In this document: positions 26,380 through 38,239 of the stretch, piece by piece | How positions within the stretch are numbered: the stretch's first letter is position 1 | How the letters are laid out: every line of letters starts with the position of its first letter | Source of the DNA: Takakia lepidozioides | Taxonomy: Eukaryota > Plantae > Bryophyta | NCBI GenBank assembly: GCA_030704615.1 | Contig: CM060731.1 | Coordinates: forward strand, 92,442,001-92,506,000 | Direction of reading: 5' to 3' | DNA: 64,000 bases | Notes under the pieces: model-generated | Databases searched by the model: none | Told to the model about the DNA's origin: nothing | Seen by the model: only the letters and a program-made list of their open reading frames with translations | Made by a program: the position numbers and the translations under genes

Positions 26380-28009
26380 AATTATATAACATCCATCCAT
26401 TTTGCCCTAGAATGTCGAGACTTGTGCAGGCGGCGGGCTGAAGTCAAGCAGGCTCGAGAGTCTTCCACGAGCTGGACATGGTTGTCTCTCAGTCTCTGAG
26501 CATAGAAGTATGACGGCTAGAGTTTAAGATTTTGGCTGTATTAATGGTGGAAGCACCCGCCATGGGAGCTGGCACAGTTTTGGGGCAGTGTGGCCAGATG
26601 TTGTGACAGGGAGAATGATGGCAATACGAAGGGAATGGAGAGACGGTGATGGGGATTTAAGCCAGGAATAGAGTGTAGATGAGGGCTTTTTGAATCATTT
26701 CACCTTCCATTTGTTGCATGTGCACTCAGGTGGATTCGATGCAACCTTATGTATGTGATTTACTGATTGTGGGGGGGGGATAGGAATCGTGGGATGCGCT
26801 CATTGCGGGAGAAAATGATGTAGCAAAGAAGGCCAGTTTTGAGAGGGCACGCTCCGCAACAACATCACGCCTTGACAAGGCGGACTCCACACACAACTCC
26901 CCTGGTAGATCCAAGTATTTTATCACTCACGTTATAAGTCATATTTCTCTATGTATTTTGTTATGTCTTCTTTTTGGCTCCATCATCGTGAGGAACTGAC
27001 TTTAATTTGTGGCATGTGTAGCAACGCAAGTTTGAGAGGAAGCCATCTCCGGTGGAGTACGACTACACCAAGACCCATGGTTGGCACGGGCTCATGAACA
27101 CCATGGCCAACCCGGAGGGGAATGCACTATAGGCACTACCGTAGAGGCCGCTCTATTTCGACGGACCCCTGCCGGAATCATTAAATACATGCAGGTCGCT
27201 AGGTTCGGCAGACTTAATGACAATATTAATTTTTTCGTCCAAGCTTCATCCAATTTTTCTGGAATTGGGCACCCCTCGGTACTTTTCATTAAATTAGGTG
27301 GGCCGTGTCATGATTCACGTACAGTTGACATTCTCTGTGGCAAGTCACAGTTATGGTTAGCCATAACTCTCTGTAGCAAGCCATAATCATGGTTAGTGGT
27401 AAACGCTGCATTTTTAATAAGTCTCAAACTTGACGTTTAGGAGTTCACTACCGTATTTTTGTTGCATTCGGTAGTTGCCACCTTTTTTTTCAAAGTTCAT
27501 TTTTTTAAATGAAGATTATTCTCATATTTCGTCTATTCTCAGGGCATAATTTTAAAATATTCGTCCTCTCTTAAAATGAATTAATTAAAGTCGGAATAGA
27601 ACGACCTCCATGGTATTATGGATGGAGGGGGGGGCATGACCAGGGATTGGATCAGAGCTCTGTGGGAGTTTAGGGATATGGTTCAGGTGCAGGCATAGGG
27701 CCGGGGTGATAACAATAGATCATCCTCCGCAGAGTCATCAGGCTCAACGGATAGCTATGATTCCGATGACTCCGAGGATGACTAGTCCTAGTCCCCCTGT
27801 AAGTACTGAGAATTAGAGTGTAGATCACGGAGTCAGCCTACTTAACCCTTGTGAGCAAAATATTTCAGCTCATTGCTTGTAAATATACCATCTTTCACCT
27901 TGTATTTCATTTTGTGCCGTGCCATCACTATGCTTGCTCATACTCATGCAATAAACCAAACTTGTGTACCTGCCAAATCAGAGTGATGGAAGCTCTGAGG
28001 AATCCCAAC

Positions 28010-28420
28010 ACCATAAACCCTAAACCCTCAAACCCTCAAAACCCCCCAAAAAAAGAAAAAAAAACCCTAAAAAGGGGTGTGCGGCACCGCATACCCCTTT
28101 CAGTGGCACTGCACACTAAAAACAAAACCCTAAAAAAACCCTAAAAAAACCCTTAAAAAAAAAAAAAAAAAAAAAAAAACTCTTGAAAAGGGGTGTGCGG
28201 TGCTGCACACCTCTTTTAGTGGCACCGCACACTAGAAAAAAAAAACCCTAAAAAAAACCTAAAAACCCTTTAAAAACCTAAAAAACCCAAAAAAATAAAA
28301 ATAAAAATCCTGAAAAGGGGTGTGCGGCACCGCACATCAGTTTTAGTGGCATCTACGGGGAAAGTAAACCCCCCTAAGAACCCACTAAGAAAACCCTAGA
28401 AAACCCTAAAGAAACCCTAA
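28010..28420 (+). repeat. GGGGTGTGCGG hairpin array, three units
   Basis: Units near 28070, 28185 and 28312; 3' part nearly identical to 23926-24045. Confidence 0.85.
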
Positions 28421-28564
28421 TTACCCATCCACTATATCACCTTCCCCTTAATTACTAATCTTCATTGTGCCCACTTTCAATATCGCACCAATCGGTTGGA
28501 TCCTTGGCAACTGTGTTCTTCATATGAAAGAGTCACTGACATGCCTACAAGGACATCGTGTCCG

Positions 28565-28672
28565 CGGTTATATGTGTCATCCGCGGAATTGCGTAGAGTA
28601 CCTTTTCGCAAAGTCTTGAGGCAGCACCGCTCATGTGAGCATAGGCTCACCGCTCACGATCTAGCATCCCTC
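28565..28672. mobile_element. Other terminus of Mutator-like element 1
   Basis: CGGTTATA...CTCACCGCTCACGATCTAGCATCCCTC, homologous to 22471-22647, abutting the TSD at 28673-28681. Confidence 0.6.
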
Positions 28673-28699
28673 TTATGAGACCAATGGCTGGACCTCTAC

Positions 28700-29632
28700 T
28701 GTCGCGTACCTCACTTCGGTAAGCTCTCCCCTCAAGTCATAATTACTCGCTTGATGCGCGCGCCTAACTCCCAACCTGGCCGCCGGGCCAACTTGGAGCT
28801 CCGGCTGCTCACCGGGGCATAACGGTCCCCCCTTTGATCTCCCAAAGAACCCTCCAACGATTTCAAACCAGCGGAATTCCCTTTGGTAGTTGGCAGTCCG
28901 GAACAGCTCCCCACTCTTTGGTCGCTTTCCGGCTCGCTCGCTTACTCACTAGTTTTTGGTCACCAACGGGCTTGCACCGTTCTCGGGGTTACTACTCCCT
29001 ATATATACTTATGTAGCTGTCAGCGGGGGTTTCACAAACAACCATGCCATTTTATGGCGAACCACCACGAACACCCTCAACTCCCGGTGATGAGTCGCGG
29101 TGAGTCTTGGCCCACCCACCACGGCCCCTATGGACCGTGATGAGTCCCAAGACTCCCCACGACTCCCACCACAAGGTCTCTGCCCCAGGGTGAGTCCTAT
29201 GCTACCCCCACTAAGTCCCGCTAAGCTACCACCACCCCTTGTGGAGCCACCCCCACCGCAACCCGGTGTGCGGGGTTCCACCTAGTGAGCGCCTCTGCCT
29301 CCTTGAGTGCCTTGGGCACTCAAGGGTGCTTCAGCCCCCCATACCTATCGCTGCCACTGCCCCCACCACAGGGGCAGCCCCTCTTGTGTCCCGACCCCTT
29401 GCCCTCAAGGCAAAGGGCCGCGACACGCTAAGCTACCACCACCCCTTGTGGAGCCACCCCCACCGCAACCCGGTGTGCGGGGCTCCACCTAGTGAGCGCC
29501 TCTACCTCCTTGAGTGCCTTGGGCACTCAAGGATGCTTCAGCCCCCCATACCTATCGCTGCCATTGCCCCCACCACAGGGGCAGTCCGTCTTGTGTCCCG
29601 ACCCCCTGCCCTAAAGGCAAAGGGCCGCGACA
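28700..29632 (-). mobile_element. 3' LTR (933 bp) of the split chromovirus
   Basis: TGTCGCG...CGCGACA termini; reverse complement of 38240-39160; PPT-like GGTAGGGG upstream on the minus strand; flanking TSD rc GTAGA at 28695-28699. Confidence 0.95.
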
Positions 29633-30457
29633 CACACCCCTACCAACAGGGAGTCGATGTCCTCATCAGCTTGTCCCTTTTGTGGAAACGAACATCCAAG
29701 TTGTGGCGTCCCACCTCGGCCGACTTCCTCCGAGTCCCCGCCAAGGGTGGAGCTTCTCAAGCTTCTCCCAGTGCACTCTTCTTGGCCTACTTCAAGGCCA
29801 AGGAACGATCCTCCCCGAGGATCGAATCGCCTTACTGCAACAACATTGCTTGCGACTGGTCATGATGCCGCTTTTGGCATCACCTTGAGCAAGGGTTCAC
29901 CTCGAACCCTCTTTGACTAGGAAGATAACCCTGAACCAACCGCGCGCCCCAATCACTACAATTGGGTCCGCCTTGGAATGCTGGCCTGAGGTACGGGAAC
30001 ACGCCGAAGCCGCACTACGATTTCGTCCCGAGGCTACACGATTATAGTATGTGAACGGAAGCACGTAGCTTCCGCGTTAGCCCGCACTACAAAGCAACCC
30101 CCTCGGTAGCGCAGTTATAGTATGCGCGCGCGCCAGGTGCGCACTAGCATGTGAACTCCTAAAGAAGGCGCAAGTTTCCTTGCCCCTTGGATGGGAGTCA
30201 CCCGATTTCGGCACTGCGCAAACACACGATTAACCCAATTTACCTCTCCCACTTTTGTAAGCTAGCATGCATTCTACACACTAGCCAACCACACCATGCA
30301 TCACCATTCCAAACAAAATAGGACGCATAACATTTGGAACCCATTTCCTTTATAACAAATTTTTGTACAATACAAGTTTTTGCAATCGGATTCATAAGCT
30401 AGCTAAGTCGGGCTAAGCATGCATTTCCTCCCCCATGCTCCAAGGTTGATGTCCCCA

Positions 30458-32063
30458 TCAACGTTTCTTCCGCTTTTGAGGTCGCCCTTCGAAAACTGCA
30501 ACCGTCTCGGATGCGTTTCCCATGGCACGCACCCAAGATGCCTCCACATGATGATAGCCCTTCCATTTGACGAGATACTCCATTTCTCGGTTCTTGAACC
30601 TCCTCGACTTAAGTACTGCCTCCACCTCGTATTCAGGTTCATTTTTATGATCCAACAGCACAGGTGGTGGACGCAACACTTGATGTCGATTCGGACGCGC
30701 TTCATCTTTGAAGTAAGGCTTAAAAAAAAAGACGTGGAATATTGGATGTACCTTGCTGTTTGCCGGCAGCTCCAATTCATACACATCCTCATTCATAACC
30801 TTCCGGATGCGAAAGGGTCCCGCATACGGAGGTACGAACTTTGGACTCACTTCCGGAGGTAGTCGGAAATTTTTGATGTTCAACCAAACCTCCGTGCCTG
30901 CCTCAAACTTGACTTCCCTCCGCTTCCGATTCGCCTGCCTTTCATACCGTTTCCTAGCTTTGGCAATGTTGTACTTTGCGAGCTTCAACAAACGCTCGCG
31001 TTCTTCTAGTACCGCCGCTACTGCCGGTTCCTCAACGTCTTGGGCGGCCCAACTTGTCGGCACCAGAGGTGCTTTTCCATAGACCAATACGAAAGGGGAA
31101 ACTCCCGTTGCGGAGTGTTATGTGTTATTATAACAGAACTCTGTCGCGTCTAAGTGTTCCACCCAGTCTGTTTGGTCTGCCGACACGTAATTCTGCAAGA
31201 TCTGCTTCACTACGGAATTCACTCTTTCCGTTTGGCCGTCGGTCGTAGGTCGGAAGGCGGTGCTCATCTTCAGCCTCGTCCCCATCTTCTTCCAGAGTGC
31301 CCTCCAAAATTTACTCGTAAACTTTGGATCGCGGTCCGAGACAATATCCTTCGGGACTCCATGATGTTTTAAGACGTGGGCGAAGTAAAGTCGCCCTGTT
31401 TCCTGCGCCGTTGCCGTCTCCTTGGTGGGGATGAAATGGCCTATTTTACTGAACCTATCCACCACCACCATGATTGCATCGAATCCTTTTGACAGCGGCA
31501 TAGCAGTCATGAAATCCATCGAGACGCTTTCCCAAGTCCCCTCTGGAATCGGCAAGGGTTGTAACAGCCCCGCTTGCTTTTTGTACTCGCTCCGGTTTTG
31601 TTGGCATGTGGTGCATGTCTTGACATACTCCTCTGCCTCCTCCCTCAGTTTGGGCCAGAAATACTCTTTCTTCAAGGGTGCCGCAGTGCGCTTGGCTCCG
31701 CCGTGGCCCGCAAGCGGGCTATCATGGCATTCTCTCAAGAGGCTATCTCTGATCCCTCCCTTCGGCACGTAGAGACGCTTTTGCTTATACTGGAGCAGTC
31801 CATTTTGCAAGTGGAACTGTGATTTAATCCCCATCCTCAAGTCCTGCATCACGGACTTTGCCAGCTCATCCTTCCGGCAAGCCTTCCGGATCTTCCTTTG
31901 GAGCGTCGTTTCGCCCCTGTACACCAACAAGAGCTGCTGCTTTCTACTTAAAGCATCGGCCATCACATTGTCCCGTCCCGGTTTGTGCTGGATATCCACG
32001 TCGAACACCGCCAAAGTATCTTGCCACCTAAGTTGTTTTGGGGACAACTTGGGTTGCGTGGCA
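30458..32063 (-). pseudogene. Chromovirus pol 3' half: end of RNase H, integrase and chromodomain
   Basis: ATQPKLSPKQLRWQ..KPGRDNVMADALSRK; HHCC (CHDSPLAGH..CTTC); SMDF, VSDRD, GQTERVN; YAGPFRI; YEVEAVL..EYLVKWKGY..EASW. One frameshift near 31118. Confidence 0.95.
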
Positions 32064-32766
32064 GCGACGCTCTTGCGATTCCCAGCAGTCGCAACAGAAC
32101 CACGCCAATGTGGAGCTAGCTACGCCGCCCAGGGGCTGCGACGTTGTTGCGACTCCAAGGAGTCGCATAAGAACGTGCCCTCCCATGGAGCTAGCGATGG
32201 CCCCCGGGGGCTGCGACGTCCGTGCGATTCCCGGGCGTTGCTAGAGAACCTCCCTACCCATGGGGGGTCTAGCGACGCCCCCAAATGGCAGCGACGTCAT
32301 GGCGATTCCCGGGCGTCGCCAGTCCCCTAGGTAGAATAGACCCCATATGCGATGTCCAGGCATCGCAGAGCGGGGGCTTTAATGTCCCAGGCTGCGACGT
32401 GCCGTCGGCGCGTGGTTTTTTTTGGGGATGGGCGACGTCCTTGTGACTGCCCCATGACGCAGAGGGAGGGATGGACCCCCCTCCTTGCCCTTTGTTGCGA
32501 CTCCCGGGAGTCGCCATATTGCGACGCCTCGGAGGGGCGGCGTCATTCCGCTGTCGCTGGTCGTGGCCAGGGGGACCCGAGGGATTATCGATTCCCCTAG
32601 GTCGCTAATCTGCGACGTTCCGGGAGGTCGGACCGACGTGGCGGCGACCTCCCGACGTCGCAATTTGTCCCCGGCGCGCCCCGGGCGCTGTAGTGTATTT
32701 CCATCGCTAGGCGTGGTGTTTGAGGTCGATGAGGCATCGCTAACCCCCCCCCCAAATGTAGTAGTG
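32064..32766. mobile_element. Displaced CACTA terminus, partner of the TIR at 46412
   Basis: Ends ...CTAACCCCCCCCCAAATGTAGTAGTG followed by AAT; near-perfect inverse of CACTACTACATTTAGGGGGGGTTAG at 46412, which is preceded by AAT. Confidence 0.8.
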
Positions 32767-32842
32767 AATGACTGCTAATCCATGTCAGCTTCACGTGGAA
32801 CGAAAGGGATATGCCACGTGTCACGACAATGGAAAGGCGACA

Positions 32843-33105
32843 GGGTCTTCACGACTGGCATATACGACTTCCGCAGATTAATCCAAGGACAACACGTGGA
32901 GAAGATTGGACATGACACGTGGCATGATAGGGTGAGGAGAGAGGGTCTTCCAAGACTGGCATGTATGACTTCCGCAGATTAATCCCAGGACCACACGTGG
33001 AGAATATGGGACATGACACGTGGCATGACAATATGGAGCGGGAGGGTCTTTCGTGATTGGCATGTATGACTTCAGACGTTTATTCCTAGGTCCATACGTG
33101 GAGTC
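32843..33105. repeat. About 102-bp tandem repeat (about 2.5 copies) rich in CACGTG
   Basis: gggtctt..gactggcat.ta.gacttccgcagattaatcc..gga..acacgtggag..ggacatgacacgtggcatga recurs at about 32843, 32943 and 33044. Confidence 0.85.
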
Positions 33106-33345
33106 AAATTATGCAGGATGGGGGTGGTCGTTATGACTGGAACATATGACTTTCATGGCGCATTATGGATACTGCACGTGGCACGAGTATGGGCGAACAC
33201 GAGGGGTGAAAGTGGCACGTGGTGGAGGCTCTGTGGATGGGAGGTAGTCGTGTACATGACCGTAGTCATGGGCCTGACTCTAGCAGCATTGAAACATGAA
33301 AGCACCATTGAAAGCACACGAAAATACAATTGAAACATGAAAGCG

Positions 33346-35654
33346 GTTGTACCCCACAGATCGAAAATGGAGTACGCCAAGCTCCATGAGTACGCTGGCA
33401 TCATTACACGCATGAAGGCATGTAAGATGCTCAAGAACAGGAGGAAGAAGAAGAGTGGCGATAGTGAGGGTAGTGAGAGTGATGAAAGTCATGTGAGTGA
33501 GAGTGAGACCGACGGTGATGGTGACCCCGACCGTGATGACGGTAGTGAGGGATCTAGCCCCGGGAGTTCGGAGGGCTAGGGTGAGTAGTAGGGATGATGT
33601 ACACGATCTTTGAGGTCAATTTTACATATATATATGTATATACGCATGCGCATGATGTGGTACTCTCTCATTTATATTAAATATGCACAATCCCCATATT
33701 CCCCAAACCTAAGCCTAACCCTAAACTCCCAATCCTAATTCGGGCCTGGTGAGACCTCCCAGGCGTCGCAAATCTACAAAACAAAAGAAACCCGGCCCTC
33801 TCCGACACCTGGGCGTCGCAGATGGGGCCACCCTAAGAAACGTTTTGAAAAAAAATCCGTTGCAGGTTTAATGCGACACCCCGGGCATCGCAGATAGAGG
33901 CCACCGATTTTTTTTATAAAAAAAAACGCGATGCAGGTTTGGGCGTCACAGATATGGACCACCGCTCTAGCTTGATTTCAAATAAAAGCGTCGCAGATTA
34001 ACTCCGATGCCATGGTCGTCGCATGAGGGACACCTATTTGGGCCCCCAAAGCGTCGCCGTTTTACTGCGACGCCCATGCCATCGCACCAGGAACACATAC
34101 TGATCCCCCCAAAAGCATCGCAGGTTTACTGCAACGCTGATGATGTCGCACAGGGGGACACATATTGGGGCCCGCAAAAGCGTCGTAGGTTTGCTGCGAC
34201 GTCTATGCCGCCGCAGGAGGGGCACCCGAAAGGGGAAAAAAAAAAAAAAAAAAAAAAAACAATTACTCGAAAAGCGTCGCAGTTGCGAGCACTTTGAAAA
34301 ACAAAATCCAATTAAAAAAAAGGAAAAAAAAGTTGCAGTTTTATTGCGACGCAGGAGAAATCGCAATAATGGATTAAACAAAAACAAATTTTAATATACA
34401 ATATTTATTTAAAAATATAAAATAAAAACAGTCGCATGGAAACCGCGACGGCAGAGATAACGCAGTGCGGGAGCGACGCACAGAGTCACTTAGAAGTGCG
34501 ATGCTCCCAGCGTCGCGTTCTGTGCACCTCATGCTCCCGCCTGTTACAACGCCGGGGATATCGTAGGTGCAATCCAGGGAGTCCTGGGAGGCGCTATTTG
34601 CGACGCCTGAGGCATCGCCTTAAGCGCGGATTCTGCGATGGCACCGTAACAACGCATCTGAGGCGTCGCAGATTTGCGATTTCCGCCGGGCCAGAAATCC
34701 GCGTTTAGCGACACGCATGGCGTCGCTTAGGCGTTGGTAACCCCCCGAACGGTGTAGTGCATCTAGCAACTTTGAAACAAACTCTTTTGGCAAGAAAATT
34801 TCACCTCATGAATTCACACTACAAAAGAAAACTATAGCAAATAATTCGTGGATGTAAAACGATAGGAGAGATATTGGGTTGCTGCAACAGAAGTGTGTGT
34901 TGACGCACACTTTATTTTCCATCCTTTGTCAAAACCGATTTTTATCTTCTTTTTTTTTTTTTTTCCTCCCCCCTCCCCGTTGGGTTGCTGCAAAGCTAGT
35001 GTGTTCACATTGCAGGAGTTGTTGAAATTAAAAAAAGAAACGACCGTCAATTGTGCGGTCACTTTATTTTCTTTTTAAAGAAAAAAAATATTTATCTTAC
35101 TTTCATTTTATTCTCATTTTTGAAAGGAGCAACGTCCCACCGATTGACGCGCTACGCTCAGGCATAGTTGTTTTCTAGCCCCCGTCAATATGTATATATA
35201 TATATATATATATACCGTTGGACTGCTGCAAAGCAAGTGTGCGTTAACGGACACTTGTTTTTAAGACCTCGTCAAAACCAGATTAAAATAATAAAAATAA
35301 AAAAATCCAGTTGGGCTATTGCAAAGCAAGTATGCGTTAACGCATAGTTGTTTTGCAGCCCCCGTCAAAACTAGGGATAAAAATAATAATTAAACACTGC
35401 GAAACAAATGTGCGTTGGCGTTTCGGGGTGGTGCACAATGGCGCACATGTCCAGCGCACAGTTCCACCAAGGAACCAAATGAAGTACAAGCAAAAATATG
35501 AAAAGATCTGGTGCAACATGCATGGCTGGACATGGCCACCTCATTCTTTTTGAGTCGATGGTTCTGGAGGTGTGCGCCAATTCACACTTGCAAATGAGAC
35601 CTCCTAAAGTGAACTTAACAAAGAGGAAAAGAGAGAACTCCCGAAAATATGTGA
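33346..35654 (-). repeat. 2.3-kb segmental duplication, copy 2
   Basis: Reverse complement of 24063-26379; contains the CACTA terminus at 34759. Confidence 0.95.
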
Positions 35655-36145
35655 ACCCTAAACTTGAACTAATTTGTGAACTCATACTGGTCAAAGAGTA
35701 GCAAGAAGACAAAAGGGAAGTATGGATGTCTGCACCAGAGCCGACAGTCCGCGCTGCAAAGTGGTAATGTGATCCCACGAAACTTGGAGACATGTGACAT
35801 GTGTCTAAACTTTGTGTTCATGCAACATGCATCTCATCTTTGTGTGCTCATTTCACTTTGCGATTTAACATTGTGAACAAAATCTGACTCATTTTGCCTC
35901 TTATCATTAACTTTATCTATAAGTAGTTAGTCACCTTGAGCATTGATGTTCTAATGAAAGATCATATGTGTACATTAATTGTAATGTAAACTATTCAACC
36001 GCCTATGGTCGCACGCCTATAGGCCCTTCTTTGCATATGTGTCTGTGGTAACAGGCCCTTGGAATAGTTGACCACTAAACCCTTTTCTATTATCCATATC
36101 ACTAAACCATAGGCGTGTGAGTATGCTCACATGGTAGCGTCGCTG

Positions 36146-36589
36146 ATACTCGGGGGTCGCAACGCCCCGTGGCGCCACGTGTTTCTACTTTTTTTTTTGA
36201 CAAAAATGGCAGGCTGCGACGCCCGGGGGTCGCAGCCCGGGCCCTACCCCGTCGGCTGTCGACGCCCGGGCGTCGCAACGGAGCTGCTGCCACGTGTTTC
36301 CACCTTGTTTTTGAAAAAAATTCAAGCAGCGATGCCAAGCCGTCGCCCTAGACAACGTCGTCGCTTAGAGGGCAGCGACGATCGGGCTTCGCTAGCCAGA
36401 GGCCCCGCCGACGCTGGGGATAAAAAGCGACGTTGGGCGTCTCCCCCCCCCCACAGCGACCCCCCGACGTCGTTTTTTAGCGACGTTCGAGTGCGACGGC
36501 CCAGCGACGGGCGTGCGACGTCCATTTGGGCTGCTACCCCGCCCCAAAAGGGGGCGCAACCCCGACGGCCCCCACAATTTCCTTTAGTG
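36146..36589. mobile_element. Terminus of another CACTA element
   Basis: GCGACG-rich subterminal region ending CCCACAATTTCCTTTAGTG; partner end not found. Confidence 0.65.
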
Positions 36590-36633
36590 CATGTCCAAGG
36601 GGGATGGCTACATCATTGTTGCTACTGACTGTC

Positions 36634-38214
36634 GGGGGATGCCTCCGTGTGAGCCTGGCTGCGTGAGCGTGTGAGCGCGGCCAAGCTCACGCCACGTCAC
36701 CGGTTCTCGCCACATTGGCTCAAGGGTCTGACGCCACGTTAGCAGTCTTCGCCAGCGTGGTTGACGCCACGTCACGCCTCGCCATATCAGTTCCACGGGC
36801 GTACCTGTGACCGCGGACAGAACAGGGAGAAATGAGCCTACAGCCGCGGAATTGGTAGCCGTAGACTGTTTTTTTTTTAAATTTATTTTTATTTTTATTT
36901 TTATATTTGGCATTTGTGTGGATGTGATGATTGGTGCCGGTCATCACTTCTGTCAGTGCCGCCGATCTTTTTTTTTCTTTTTTAAAATAAATAAATAAAT
37001 AAATATATTTATTTATTTATTTTTCATTCGGCATTTGGGTGCCGACCATCACATCTGTCGGTGCCGCCGATCATCATTCTCCGTTTTGTTTTGTTTTGTT
37101 TTTTTTTTTCCGGGGGACATTCGGCATTTGGGTGGATGTGATGGTCAGCACCGACCATCACTTCTGTCGGTGCCGCTGATCATCACTTTTTTTTTTTCTT
37201 ATTTAAATTTAAATTTAAATTTAAGTTGGCTTTTTGACATTCGGCATTTGGGCGGATGCGATGGTCAGTGCCGACCATCACTTCTGTCAATATTGCCGAT
37301 CATCACTTTCTTTTTTTTTTTTTTTTTTTTTGGCTTTTGACATTCGACATTAGGGCGGATGCGATGGTCGATGCCGACCATCATTTTTTTTTTTTTTTTT
37401 TTTTTGGCTTTTGACATTCGGCATTTGGGTGGATGTGATGGTCGGTGCCGACCATCACTTCTGTCAGTGCCGCCGATCTTTTTTTTTGGCTTTTGACATT
37501 CGGCATTAGGGCGGATGCGATGGTCGGTGCCGACCATCACTTCTGTCAATATCGCCGATCATCACTTTCTGTTTTTTTTTTTTTTTTTTTTTTTTTTTGA
37601 CATTCAGCATTTGGGTGGATGGACAATTTGCAACATTATCATGGAAATTCAATTCAAATCAATTCGTTTGCAACATCGTCGGCGGTGCAATGATATGGCG
37701 TCCCTTATCCCTCCATTATGCTTCCAACTATACTGAGTGACCTCTGAGTGACAACTTTTAAAAGCACATGCATCATTGCACCTTTCGAAGTCTAAATGTT
37801 TTCCTGTCGCTATGCACTGCAATCATCTTTTGAAGATGATCCTAACTCTCATTGTTATTTGGGGAGGGAGCAAGATCTTCCCATGGTAGCCTCTATGGCG
37901 CATATTTTTTGAAGATATTTTCTTGTCCTTGTAATTGTAAAAGTGAAACAAACATTTGTAATTGCACAATGTTGGATGCTACAATTGTAGGCCCCATGGT
38001 AGTCTTCATTGTATTCAGCCAAGGATTCCCTGCATTAATCCCATGGTCATAGGACCATCCTCGGTTATAGGCGGCGCATGTTCATGCTGACGTGGCAGAT
38101 GACGGCGCAGTGCCACATCAGCATTTGTCGCCATATCAGCCTGCTGACATCATGCTCACGCCACGTCACTCCTGCGTGAGTGTACGCTCGCGCGCTCACG
38201 CCATTGCGTCGTTG
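36634..38214. mobile_element. Non-autonomous Mutator-like element 2 (1.58 kb)
   Basis: Imperfect 150-180-bp TIRs of the GAGCGACGC..GTGAGC family; 9-bp TSD CTGACTGTC (36625-36633) / CTGACTACC (38215-38223). Removing it restores integrase YIIVATDYLTKW. Confidence 0.75.
36908..37620. repeat. Array of GACATTCGGCATT..GATGGTCGG-TG-CCGACCATC hairpin units with poly-T spacers
   Basis: About 8 copies inside Mutator-like element 2. Confidence 0.9.
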
Positions 38215-38239
38215 CTGACTACCTGACCAAGTGGGTAGA

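Noticed and set aside
28010-28420. Interstitial telomere (AAACCCT)
   Set aside because: Only scattered degenerate heptamers in A-rich spacers; no sustained (TTTAGGG)n tract. The same applies to 54465-54550.
32060-32072. AGCGTCGCT at the inversion breakpoint as a recombinase site shared with Mutator-like ends
   Set aside because: GCGACGC is the abundant CACTA subterminal repeat here, and the other breakpoints lack it.
32780-33230. G-box/ABRE cluster as a stress-responsive enhancer
   Set aside because: CACGTG density comes from a tandem repeat inside TE sequence, with no host gene nearby.
34755-36589. TAGTG-CAT ends at 34759 and 36589 as a TIR pair
   Set aside because: Same orientation, different TIR sequence, and the flanks are not a valid TSD pair.
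36908-37620. CRISPR-like palindromic repeat-spacer array
   Set aside because: Spacers are poly-T runs rather than unique sequence, unit length varies, there are no cas genes, and the context is a eukaryotic TE.
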